A DNA stretch of 64,000 nucleotides, from NCBI GenBank assembly GCA_001600695.1, contig BCKQ01000006.1, positions 487,937 through 551,936 of the forward strand, read 5' to 3'. Shown here one piece after another: positions 23,819-36,237 of this stretch. This DNA is from Ascoidea asiatica JCM 7603. Taxonomy: Eukaryota > Fungi > Ascomycota. The notes under the pieces were generated by a model. It was not told the origin of the DNA. It saw only the letters and a list, made by a program, of their open reading frames with translations, and did not search any database. Each line of letters starts with the position of its first letter. The stretch's first letter is position 1. Made by a program: the position numbers and the translations under genes.

Positions 23819-25651
23819 TTAAGAAAATGCTTTCATTGGGGATCTCAATAAATTTGAAAAATTGGGACTTTTTGAATGTTTTTTTCCTTTTGAATCCTTT
23901 TTGGTTGAAGAGCCTGAAGAACTTGAATTACTTGTTTTCATAGATGCACTTGAAATGGATGTTTTAGAAGGTATTCTTTCAAGTTTATTATTGTTACTAT
24001 TATTTGAATGAAAATTATTGTTATCACTATTATTACCACTATTGTTATTTGAAGATATTTTTTTTTGTTCGTCATCCGAATTTTTTCTTTCAACTGCAAT
24101 TTCTGCTAAGTCTGATAAAGAATTATTACTATCATGAACTATACTTTTGATATTCAAATTTGATTTACCTGGACTATTTCTATTAAACTTTGGAAAGTCA
24201 TTAGAAGAATAAAAAATATTTTCTGATTGTGCTCTTGAGTGAAAACTTTTTTTCTTAGTAATCATTTTTGAAGATGCTGATCTTGATATACTCGAGCCAG
24301 ATAATGAATTTGAACTTAAATTTGATGAAAGATTATAAGAAGTTTGAGATTTGACTATTTTTGGTGAAGATAGTTTATTTGAAGAAGAATCGGTTATATC
24401 TGAGTTGGATCTTCTTCTCTTTAAAGAGTTTGATCTTTTATGCTTTGAATCTTTATTTAACTCTTTACCTTTTTCAGTTAATTTTGAAATAGATGATGGA
24501 TCTTCATTTTGCCATTTATGAAATTGAATTACATGTTGTAAAGAGCTCATTGATATTGGTTCATTTTTTTTATTAGTTGGAATTGAAGGTTTTGGTTGAA
24601 AGTTACTATTGTTACTATTACTACTACTATTATTACTATTAATTGAGGATTGATTAATAATGGTTTTAGGAGAAGAAATTTTTGAAGAACTTTGAGAAGA
24701 ACTAGAAGAAACTGGTAATGAAGCATTTAATGGATATCTTTGAGATTTATTGAGAAATAGATTATTATTTTGAATTTTTGAAAATTGAGAAACAGGAACA
24801 TTGAAATCAACTGAAACTGCTTCAGGAATTGTGGATGACGGAATTGGTAATGAATTATGTCTTGTATGATGACTTTTAGTCAATGAAGCAACAGCTGCTG
24901 CACCGATTTTCGCAGGAGATTTTGGTCTTGAGTTTCCAGTGGAATTTGGAGGTAATGAACCTCCTCCAAATTTGAAATATGCAGGAGGAACAGGATTCAA
25001 ATTATATGGAGATGTTTTGTATAATTCATTTGATAATCTATGGTTATGTAAATGAGAACGAGAATGAGAATGGATATGAGAATTTGAAGGATTTATTGGA
25101 GTTGATGGATTATTAGATTTGATTATATTTGGAGGATCATCTAAAGTTTTTTCATTAAAATTTTTATTTTTATTTGTAGGAGTATATAAATTTTGATTTA
25201 AATTATTAATTAAAGTTAATAATTCAGAATTATTATTATAATAAGAATTTTTAATATCTTTTGAATCTTTTGAATTTCTTGAATCATTTTGAGAAGTAAT
25301 TGAAGATGTGATATTATTTAAAAATAATAAAGGAATTAAATTTGCAGGAATATTATAATTTATTGCATCTTTTAAAATATTTAAAGATTTATTAATTGAT
25401 TCACATTTATAATAATCTTGTTTAGTTTTTTCTTGTTCTTGTTTTAATAAAATTGCTTGATTTAAAACATTTTCAGAAAATGACCAATTTTTAATATTAG
25501 TACCAAATATTGAAGAAATTACAGATAAATTACTTTTTTCATTTAAATTTTTTTCTTTATCTATATTAATATTCATATTTTCTTTTATATTTTTGTTTTT
25601 CAAAGTATTTTGATTAATTGAACTTGATTCTTGAATACTTTGTGAAGACAT
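23819..25651 (-). CDS. BOP3: Bop3-like protein
   Basis: IFGTNIKNWSFSENVLNQAILLKQEQEKTKQDYYK, FKFGGG, SPAKIGAAAVASL and HTRHNSLP resemble the conserved blocks of S. cerevisiae Bop3. Confidence 0.8.
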   Translation of the reverse strand: MSSQSIQESSSINQNTLKNKNIKENMNINIDKEKNLNEKSNLSVISSIFGTNIKNWSFSENVLNQAILLKQEQEKTKQDYYKCESINKSLNILKDAINYNIPANLIPLLFLNNITSSITSQNDSRNSKDSKDIKNSYYNNNSELLTLINNLNQNLYTPTNKNKNFNEKTLDDPPNIIKSNNPSTPINPSNSHIHSHSRSHLHNHRLSNELYKTSPYNLNPVPPAYFKFGGGSLPPNSTGNSRPKSPAKIGAAAVASLTKSHHTRHNSLPIPSSTIPEAVSVDFNVPVSQFSKIQNNNLFLNKSQRYPLNASLPVSSSSSQSSSKISSPKTIINQSSINSNNSSSNSNNSNFQPKPSIPTNKKNEPISMSSLQHVIQFHKWQNEDPSSISKLTEKGKELNKDSKHKRSNSLKRRRSNSDITDSSSNKLSSPKIVKSQTSYNLSSNLSSNSLSGSSISRSASSKMITKKKSFHSRAQSENIFYSSNDFPKFNRNSPGKSNLNIKSIVHDSNNSLSDLAEIAVERKNSDDEQKKISSNNNSGNNSDNNNFHSNNSNNNKLERIPSKTSISSASMKTSNSSSSGSSTKKDSKGKKHSKSPNFSNLLRSPMKAFS

Positions 25652-27466
25652 TTTGATTCAAGAAAAAATTTATGAAATTGAATGAACTTATATCACTTTA
25701 TATCAATTTAATTGAATATGAATAAAAATTAGTATTATAATTGTTTAAAACAAAAGATTTTTATATTTTGAATGAAAAAAAATTTTCTTTCTAGAAGTTT
25801 TAAATATAATATTCAAATCAAAATTTTCTTGAATTTGTCAAGGAATAAGTTGAAATTGACTTTAATGGATTGAAAAAAATAAACAAACAAACAAAAAAAA
25901 AAATGATAAATTAGTCTGAAATTGAAAATTATAAATGAATTTAGAAAATCTATGAAAACTTGAGAAGAATAAAAAATTCAAATAACTATTTTTATAGAAT
26001 TTTTTATTTACTTTTAGCCTTATTGATGAATATAATTGAAAATAATTAAAAATAGTATAAATGAATCAATATTTATGTTTATATTTAAATGATTTGTGCT
26101 GGTTATGATAAATTTTGGAAATGAATTTTTTTTTTTCTTGAATGATAAATACAATAGATCTGAGATGAAAAACGAGGTTTTCCAGTTATTTGTTCTTTTT
26201 ACCAGATTATGGATATTTTGATAATAAATATGAAAACAAAATTCTATTCAAATCTATCTTATTTCATTTACAGATATTCTTTGTTTTATTATATATATAT
26301 TTATCGATTTAACAGGAAAATAATATAAAAATGGTAATAAAAATAGTGATAAAATACAGTGAATAGTATTATTATCAATATTAAATAGTTGCTTAATTAA
26401 TCTACAGTATTACAATACAAAGAAAGTACAGTATTATTTGTAGTGGATTAGCAATTTGTGAGTGCCGATAGAAGCCAGGGTTGTTACTTCTTTGGGTAAT
26501 TATTAATATCCCGAGCCAGAAGCTTGAATTTAGATCAACTAATCAGGAAATAAATAAAATTAAAACACATTAGTGCTGCATCTTACCTATTTTTGCTGCT
26601 TTTTACAGCTTTGGATTGTTTTTCAAATGATTAAAATCAGGAGAGCTGGCTATTTCCGTATCCGAAGCAATGCTGGTACAGATTAAAAAGGAAATTCTAT
26701 TCAAATAGGCAATAGAACACTTAATTTTAATTAAATTTCTAAATTTAAAACCAAAAAGGAGTTTTCAACGATGTGAACGCCACGCGAAAATTCATGGCGT
26801 TTCTCAGGGGTTAAGAAAAAACACGTCCGAAACAGGAATATTTTCATCTTGTTACTCCTGTATATTGCTGTGTAATATTTATCACTCGAGTAACGGTATA
26901 AATTGAAGCCAAAGGTTTGGGACTTTTCTTTTTGATTTAAAGCAGTCCCACAAATATGGTCTTTGTGGTTGATTTTTAAATATTTTTGAATATTTTTATT
27001 GGAAAGTTTCGAATTTCTAAGGTTTTCATGATAAGAGAAAGATAACTTTGAAGAAGATTAAAAAATACAACTTCATGTGAGAGAGATTATTATGAATATT
27101 AAATAATAAAATAAAAAATAATTGAAGAAAGAAAAAAAGCTCACTATTGTGTAACTTACTCAACTGAATGAATAACTGTCACTTTGAGAAAGATAATGAA
27201 TAATGAATAATGAAAATCATTATCAGAAATTATAATTATTGAGAGATTAAACCAATATTAATCTACAGGAAAAAATGGTTGTGATTAGCTTTCTTTTGAC
27301 AGATGTCAACGGTCAAGAGCCTCAAGGCATTCCTAAACTCTGTGAACTCCTCGTGCTTTTTTTACGTGATTTGTGTTTACACGATATGTGTTTAAGTGTT
27401 TAAGTGTTTATGGAGTAACGTAGTAACGATAATAATCAGGCAAGTTAACGTTAGATCTGTGGGACA

Positions 27467-27840
27467 GCGCTCGGGTAATTGCCTGATTCCGCTCTGTCGC
27501 CATTTCTGGGGATCTTGGTTACTATGGTAATACAATCCTGGGGTGAGGGGTGATTTTGAAGTTCCAGGACCCTCAAGGCAAAATGTGCTAGAAATTGTAA
27601 TTAGAATACTGTTATTGAAATTCACCCGACAAGTTGGGTCCGAGATTGTGGATAAATGCATTTTCCTGATCTAAAAGGTGCGTATTGTGCTTTTACTTGT
27701 GCATATGAGTACATTCCATATGTGACAATCCTGGTTTTATTTTCTTCGAAGTTCGAAGTTTCCCGTTTTTGCCTATCTTAGTAGATCTGCCTTCTGTACG
27801 GTTAAGTAGCACCGGAGGTCAGTTTATGTTACCCGAGCGC
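27467..27840. other. Exact 12-bp GC-rich inverted repeat (GCGCTCGGGTAA / TTACCCGAGCGC); each arm contains the Reb1 core TTACCCG
   Basis: Arms at 27467-27478 and 27829-27840 are exact reverse complements. Confidence 0.75.
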
Positions 27841-30800
27841 GTTTGCAAAGCAACCCACCGATCTGGGTTGTTTGTTCTAGGTATCGGTGAAATCAATTTC
27901 AATATTAATTCCATTTTAACTCCATTTTGACTCCATTTTAACTCCATTAGTTACGTAATGGAGTTTTAACTCTAGATCTGTGAACGTTAAAAAAATCTGG
28001 GCAGATTCTTTTTTTATTTTTATTTTTTTATTTTTTTTTCATTCAATTTCTGAGAAAAAAAATTCTCTTAACTTTTTTAATAAAAAAAATACCAAATAAC
28101 AATATTATCGCAAAGATCGTACAAACGACTTCATAAAACTAAAAAACTCATAAAGTGAATAGGTAACGATAAAAAGTATGTATCACTATTTGTGTCAGTA
28201 TCAAATTTGTTGAAATAATTTAAAAATCCGATACTATTTTGGAGTAAATTATTATTCAAATTAAATGGATTGACTCTTAATAGGTTTGAATTTGTGTTTC
28301 TATTTCTTGGATTAAACAACTACTAATAGTATTAGTAAGTCAAGCTAACGAAGTTGAGTGAAGCTAGGAGTATTGATGGGTAATGTTTACTTTTCTTGAT
28401 TCACTTTAAAGCATTAATATTATTATTATTATTAATATTTCATAATTCGTCTTCTTTTTATTTCACTATTAGTGGTTGTAGTAGTTGTAGTTACTGAAGT
28501 TTTCTCGTATCATTTTCAAACAAATTCAAAGCGATAATAGCCGAATCCATGGCATTTCTCAATATAAATTTATAATTCGGTTAACTCATCATGAGAGAGT
28601 TAATTTAGGTCATCAAATAATATAATCATTAAATCATTAAATCATTATTAAATCAATAATAAACAAATAATCTATTGTAAATAAATTCATAAGCCAAGAT
28701 GATTGGATTGATTAAAAACTAGTTTAAATACTATCTGTGTATTATACAGTATCAAGGGAAGTTATTCTCGTGTTAAATTTCGAATTCAATTCAATAATCA
28801 ATAATCAATAATCCTTTTTTTTTTATTTTTTTTCGAGTCGAGTATTTGAAATACTATTTATATAAAACTGTAACAAGAAAATAAAATAAAACAAATAATA
28901 AATAATATTTACTAATCTATCTAGATACAGAAATGAATTATTCCTTTAATCAGTTTTTCAAAGCTTTGAATGCCCCATTTGTGTGTTTTATCGTTTGATA
29001 ATTACGTATTCTTTCATTTACTCCATATATTACTCCATTCCAATTTTAAATCTTTTTGTAAAGCAGTAATAATAGGGAAATATTCTGTTAATCTTACAGT
29101 CTTCTAGTAACTAATATTCCATTATAATTCTAATTATTCTACAGTGCCAGAAGATGAAATATAATTTTATATTCCTTTTCATTATTTTTTTATTATTCTC
29201 AAAATACAACAAAGTGGCGTATAAAAAGTCGAATATTTCGAATTTCAAGGCTCGAACCTGGATCTCAGGCAGTAAATCTGCTGAGCACAACTTCCTCCGA
29301 AATGTGCCACGCCTGATTTTACACGGCCCAACTTCCGATTCTCGCGTTTATTTTCGTTTTCGAATTCGCCATCCTCTGCTAACAAAAAACAAATATTATT
29401 ATAAATATTTTCCTTTGTTTCCTTTAGATCCTTTATTTCCTTTATTTCCCTTTAACTCCCTTTAATTTCCTTTGAATTCATCTTTATTTACTTTAGGAAT
29501 TACCTTTTATTGATTCACATCATGATTGATTTGAAACTCTTGAGACATCTTTGAAAACAATTCACATTAAAACTAATAATATTATTAATATAGCCTACAA
29601 TAAATGTATCACACTATCACTCCAGTAATTGTTTAATGAATGGTCTCAGTATTTGTAAATGAATTCAGTAATCAACTCAATTTAATTTAATTTTAGAGTC
29701 CAATCAATCTAATAAAATATTATCAACCCAATTAAATTCAATTAAATTCAATTCAATTCAATTAAATAAACAATATAAACTAAAAACTAAAGGTTTATAA
29801 ATCTGCTGTTGATTACTAAGTCCAGTTTTAATATCTTTTGTCTCTAACCTAAAAAAAACATGTTTCATTTTTTTATATGATATTTATAAATAATTCTTTA
29901 GTTTATGCTTTTAAAGACTTCTCTGATATATTGAATAAAAAAGAATAAAGAACTTATCTGAATAATATTAACCACCTATTAATTTTTATTAAAAGGCAAA
30001 TCTGAATATTATTCATTTCTTTATTTCGTTATTTATTTATTTATTTCAAATATTTGAATATCCGTATATTTCAAAACCATATTTTTCATTATTTCTTGCT
30101 CCGATTTTCTTGATCAAATAAACAGAAGTTTAAAAGAAATATTATTATCCTATCCATTTCCATCTTATCGTTACAATATTATCTACATCCTGAATATTAA
30201 ATACTGATAATTTATTAAATCCTGATTCCAGTTAAATTCTGTTTATATCCAGAGTTAAGTGCATTTCCCTGTCATTTTCTAAAATTATATCATACTTACA
30301 TTAATTCTTGAAATTTTAGTAAAAAAAAATTATTCAAATTAATGAAATTACTGAGATTATCATTAGACTCTTCAATTGTTTTCAATACTCTTCAAAACCT
30401 TTTAGATCTTCTGAATTCTTTTAAACTCTCTTACAATTTCAAAATAATTTCAATTATTACCAATTATTATCAATTATTTTATACTATTTTCAAACAATCT
30501 TAAACACTTCACCACTTAAAAAACTTTCTTATTTATCTCAAAAGTTACTCAATTACAAATTCCATTCTTTACTTATTTTTGTTTCCTTTTCTTTTTCTCT
30601 TCACACTTTTACCTTTTTACCTTTTTACCTTTTTTACTTAACTTCTTAATAATATTCTTAAAAAAAAATTTTATTTGGGCAATTTTTAAATTAATTTTTC
30701 TTACTCGACCACATACCAGTAAGATACAATAAAATAATATTATTTTATATTTTATTACTTTATTATATTTTATCAATTACCGTACAATAAAACAATTTTT

Positions 30801-31308
30801 CTTTTTCTTATTATTATTATTCAATATTTCATTATTTCAACTTTTATTACCTTTATTATATTACTTTTACAACTTCACTTAAAAATCATATAAATTATAT
30901 TCAATTCCCACTATTTTATTTAAAAAACTTATATATTGAAATCTTTTTTTATTTTCTTGTTTTCAAAAAAGGTCTTCTACTATTACCATTACTTACACTT
31001 CTGCTTTTGTTTTTACTTTTACTTTTACTTTTATTATTACTATAATTTCAATTATACTAATTCTCGAGTAAAATTATTATAAAAATACTTCTATAATTAA
31101 CACCTATTCAATACCAATTACATAGCTTGTTTACCTTTTAAAAAAAAATTTTAATTACCAAAAAAAATATCCTTATACTTTAGTTTCTGATCTCTCATCC
31201 AAGAAATATTATTACAAATCATTATAAATAAATTTAATATAATATAATATAATATATATACATAATATATATGAAAATTAGATAACATTTATTACAATTA
31301 TTATCATA

Positions 31309-32850
31309 ATGTACCATCAGCAGCAACTTTCCAATAGCTCAAATACTTCAACAACTCAAAATATTATAAATACTAATATAAATTCCCCTTCAAATAATTT
31401 AAATACCCTTAATAATATGAATAACATCAATAATAATACTAATAGTATTAAAAACAATAATAACAAAAATTCTAATTCTAATTCTAATATTAATAATTCA
31501 AATAATCTTAATCAAATGAAAAGATCAAGTATAAATAATTTATTAAATAATGATAATTCATTAAATAATACTGATAATATTAATATTCAACAGCAAAAAC
31601 AGATGTTTCCTGCTTATCATCCTATAATTCCAAAATTATCTCCTTCAAATCAAAATATTTTATTAAGCAATAATCGTTTAAAAAATTTAAATATGAATAT
31701 GAATATGAACAATAATAATAATACCACAAATCATCATAATAATAATGTTCATTTGAATTCTATCGATAAATTCAAATTATCCTTCTTAACAAATCCAAAT
31801 CCAACTTCAAATTCAGCTTCTAATCAAAATCAGAACTATTCTCAATCACAACAATCTAAATCTCATCAACAAATTCAACTTATTCAACATCAAAGTCAGA
31901 ATCATATTCAACAACTTCATCATCAACAATTTTCTCATCATTCTACAAATATTTTCACTCTACCTTCACCACCACTTTCTCAACCAAGTTCTTCACCTGT
32001 CTTCAATAAATCTACTATTGAATTAAAATCTTCATCTTCATCTTTATCTAATTTATCAAATTTATCAACTTTATCCAATTTTTCAAACTTATCAAGTTTA
32101 TCGAATCTTTCAAATTTAAATACAAAAAAATCCAATACAAAAAACTCAAAAAATGTCCATAAATTAGAAAATAATATTATTTCTAATAATGATAATAATG
32201 GAGAAATCCCAAAAAAGAAGAGAAGAAGAAGAAGAAAGATTGTTGATCCTAATTCTCCAGTTGTTTATCAAGCTAAAAAAAATAAATCTTTATTAAAAAA
32301 TTTAGCTAATTTATCAACAAAAAATATTGTTCCAAAAATCAATTACCCAATTCATCAATCGCAATATTTTGATCCAAGTAATTTCAAAACTACAGAATAT
32401 TGCTGTGCAAAATTTTTAAATAATACTTTGAATTCATATGAATATAAAATTGGTGAAGAATATATTATATGGCATATGACTACTGGTCATATTTTATTTA
32501 CAAATATTTTAAAAATTTTAAATTTTAAAGTTGATATACCAAAATTAATCAAAGATAATTTTGAAGAATTAGATCCAAATTCAAAGATAAATTGTATATT
32601 ACCTGAATCTAATCAAAATTTAATCAAAGTTAAAGGTGGTGTTACAAAAATTCAAGGTACTTATATTAGTTATGAGTTTGCTTATAAATTAGCTACAAAA
32701 ATTGCTTATAAAATTAGATATGCTTTGGTTCCATTATTTGGAGAACAATTCTTAAGAGATGTATTACCTTTTGATCATCCATTTTATGGCAAATTAATAA
32801 TTGATGATAGTAAATTAGCAGCTTCTTATATTCTTTGCAGTATGAAGTGA
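31309..32850 (+). CDS. XBP1: Xbp1-like APSES/KilA-N transcription factor
   Basis: C-terminal YIIWHMTTGHILFTNILK...KVKGGVTKIQGTYI...AYKIRYALVPLFGEQF matches the Xbp1 subfamily. N/Q/H-rich N-terminus and a basic NLS (KKKRRRRRK). Near SHQ1, as in S. cerevisiae (YIL101C/YIL104C). Confidence 0.75.
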   Translation: MYHQQQLSNSSNTSTTQNIINTNINSPSNNLNTLNNMNNINNNTNSIKNNNNKNSNSNSNINNSNNLNQMKRSSINNLLNNDNSLNNTDNINIQQQKQMFPAYHPIIPKLSPSNQNILLSNNRLKNLNMNMNMNNNNNTTNHHNNNVHLNSIDKFKLSFLTNPNPTSNSASNQNQNYSQSQQSKSHQQIQLIQHQSQNHIQQLHHQQFSHHSTNIFTLPSPPLSQPSSSPVFNKSTIELKSSSSSLSNLSNLSTLSNFSNLSSLSNLSNLNTKKSNTKNSKNVHKLENNIISNNDNNGEIPKKKRRRRRKIVDPNSPVVYQAKKNKSLLKNLANLSTKNIVPKINYPIHQSQYFDPSNFKTTEYCCAKFLNNTLNSYEYKIGEEYIIWHMTTGHILFTNILKILNFKVDIPKLIKDNFEELDPNSKINCILPESNQNLIKVKGGVTKIQGTYISYEFAYKLATKIAYKIRYALVPLFGEQFLRDVLPFDHPFYGKLIIDDSKLAASYILCSMK

Positions 32851-35800
32851 TTATCTTTATCAATTACTCATTTTCAAATAAATTTGCCTTGTCTAGTTTA
32901 CTTCTGAATTAATTTTCAATTTACTTTGTTAATTATTTTTCATTATTATCTCATTATAATTTATTGAGTATTTTATTTATCTATTTATCTATCTATTTAT
33001 TTTTTTACTTAACTACTTATCATTTATCCTTTATCCTTACTCCTGTGTCTTATAATTTACATTTTCTCATTCTATAAAATTCAGAAGTATTCTTTTTTAT
33101 CCTTACTACTTACTCATCATATATTCCATATAATTCCTTCTTCATCAATCATTCAAATAGTGTGTTTTTTTCTTATATTATATGCTTGCCTAAATTATTG
33201 CTTTCTGTGTTGTTTTTATTTCATTATTTCTTTTCACATTAATTAAAAAGATGTTTATCCTTATAATGAAACTTATCATTTAATAATTTTAGAGTTATTA
33301 AAAGATATGATATATCTATCCATTCCAGCCTATTACTTAACAACTGATAATTATTATTAATCTCTTCATTTTAACCATGTATTGTTTTTAATTTTTCTTT
33401 TTTTTTTCTTTAAGTTACGCTGATTTTTTTTACAATTTCAATTTTTCTATTTATTTTTATTTATTTACTATATTTCATTTTTATCTATATTAATATACAT
33501 ATTTCCTTTTTTTTTCTCAGAAAAATAATCATTACTTGTCGTCCAGAAAACTGTAACTAGGAGATATTGATGAGACATAACTGTTTAAACTCCCTCCTTC
33601 ATGAATGAAACTATAGTATACGAGTTGTAGGATATTCTTGATCATTTTTCTGAAAATTTTTTCTCCGAAAATTCGTTTGTTTTTTTTGCATGATTGGAAA
33701 ATTTTAGTTGCATTTGTAAGTTAGATACTTGTCTTTTTCAATGAATTGACTCTGGTTTTGATGAATTAAGTACAGGTATGACCTGTTTAGCCTAATAAGA
33801 GGTATTGAAAGAACCATTTTAAATCAAATTCATAACCAATAACATAAAATTAATTCTTGAAAGTTTTTACTCTATCTCAATCCAACATAATCAGTTTCAC
33901 TCAAATTCAACAAATGCTATCGATTGGAAGAATCTAAAACAAACAAAGTCGAATTAAATCGAAAATAATACACTACTGTAGAAATTATGATTCTGTGATC
34001 TTTGATATTTGTTCTCTGATCTTTGTTCTTTGATATCTGTTCTTTAATCTTTTAGTTCAATTATTATAATTTTTATAAATTTCCTCGATAATTAATTATT
34101 GATGATCATTGACGGGGCTAAATTTTGTACTATGGAGAAAGGGTTAAAAGATAAAGCTTTGACTGTGTATCGATTGTGGAAGAAATGGACTTAGAAAAGG
34201 ATAGAAAAAACCTAAAGCCTCGAAATTAAATACTACAAGATCAATCAGTCTAATTAATATTGTAATTCACTTGAAAGGCGATTTAATTCTCGATGTAATA
34301 AAACATGTATAGACTTCTTTTACAATATCATCATCTATTATCATCTCGAATTTCTGCATAGAAACAATTGACAAATAAAAGTGCTGGAACTCATAAATTA
34401 AAAAAAATATAACTCTTTTAAAGAAATGTAATTAATTTTTTTTTTTTTCTTTTCTTTTTTTCTTTTTTGAAAAAGGATCAAAATTCTAAATATAAAGTCG
34501 ACTTTGTTTTGTTGACGTTTTTTTCATTGGGCTTTCTCGGATAGTACAAAGAATGACAGCACACATAATTTTCAAATAGGTTAAGATTATCTCAACACAT
34601 CACAAAAGAATATTTGAATTAAGAGTATTCACTACGGTAAAATTCAACAAAGTTGAAATCAATTTCACACTTCTTTTATTTAGAAAGTAAAATCAGTTAT
34701 TCGCTTCCAATTTCATATGCTTTCATTTGAATCTGAATTTGAATATTCACTGAGTTGTGATTTTTAATTATCAACCAAGCAGAAGGTCAAATACTAAGAT
34801 ATATGTTAACTTACTCACACTCTTTCCCCTTAGTAAACTCAAACATACTTAGATTCAGAATGAGAACCAGAATAGAGGTTGATTTATAATCTGATTTCAA
34901 ATCCGATTTCTGCTCTCACCCTTTTTTTTTTATTCTATGCTTTTGTGTTTGCACTGCCATCTAAGCTTTTGAGTCTTTTTTCAATGTTTGTATCCAGGAC
35001 TGGAAAGAACGGATCCCCACGGATCCACGGCACAGTGCGGTTTCACCACGCCTCTGCGGTGTCCGCGAGGCCCAGTGCTGCTACAATGCAACTGCCTCCA
35101 CAGCCGTTTTTACGGAACATTTCGCACCCATTTTTATTTTTTTGTTGTTTTTTTGTTTCTGCTTTTTGCCAAGCAGAGTTTGGCGCCTGCTTGAACCGCA
35201 AATCTTAACAGAAACTTTAATATTCCCTGTCGAGATTATCGAACGACCCTCTGTGAGCAGGAATTAAGCCCAAAATCAAAAAAAAAAACATACCTGTTAT
35301 ACCAGGATTCTCATACAGATCAGAAGTTTGCCAGAAGTTTGGAGAAATTGAAATTAATTAATAGGTCTGATTTTATTTAAACGTTGATAAATACACCAAT
35401 AATTAATTCCTTTAGTCGTAATTATTTGTATGACGATTAGTTTACTTAAGATCATTCATTGTTTCATTAAATTTATGTTCAAAAATCTAATCAATTGGTC
35501 TTTTTTAAATGTAAATGTCTTATGACGTTATTAAGCTAAGTAAAATTACTAAATCGAAAAATTCCATTCATTAATCACCCTCGAACAAGCTGCTTTAGCT
35601 TGATCTAGGTTTTTTTTGTTTACTTGCAAAAAAGCCAATCAGAAAAAAAGATAAAGACCTTTTTAGCAATAGATAATAAATAGTCTTGTTAACTATTCTT
35701 CTAATCAGTCTTATCGAATGAACTGTAAGCTAAAATATATACCGTAACGTAGTATATCTGCATTAATTAATCCTTCATCAAAGTTGAATAAACAAGAAAA

Positions 35801-36237
35801 AAAAAAAAAAGATGATCCCCAATATCGCCTTCTCTTTCTCAAAATCTGTTAAAGAATATCGCTAGTTTTTATTAAATAGAATATTAGCCTTGATTAAATT
35901 ACAATTTCTTATTTTGAGGGTTAGAAATTATAGTTTATATACTTATAATAGCTAATCTATGACACAAAAAGTCATATACTTTGCTCACAATTATTTTTTA
36001 TGGAATTTCCTTATCGTCTAAATATTTCCTATCAGAAATTAATATTACAAATTCGTAATTAAAAGTATATCCATTTCTCCAGTTCTTCTTCTTTTTTTTT
36101 TTTTTTTATTATTAATTATTAAAATCAATCACGCTCTTATCTTTCTGATATTCATTTACTTTTATGATTATCAATAAAAACAGTTTGTAATTAATAGGCA
36201 TTGTTATTGAATTTTATCTTTTTTGACATCATATCAT

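Noticed and set aside
27460-27845. RNase P/MRP RNA, suggested by size and a closing helix
   Set aside because: The universal P4 motifs (GGAAnUC / GAAAGUCCCC and their 3' partners) were not found; retained only as an unexplained structure.
33568-33654. TGATGA...CTGA pair resembling a C/D snoRNA
   Set aside because: Box C lacks the leading purine, the terminal stem is weak, and no convincing rRNA-complementary guide was found.
34879-35208. 109-aa ORF over the orphan GC island (also 44142-44402, 27392-27661, 29154-29465)
   Set aside because: Stop codons are simply rarer in GC-rich patches; codon usage does not match the host genes and no motif is recognisable.
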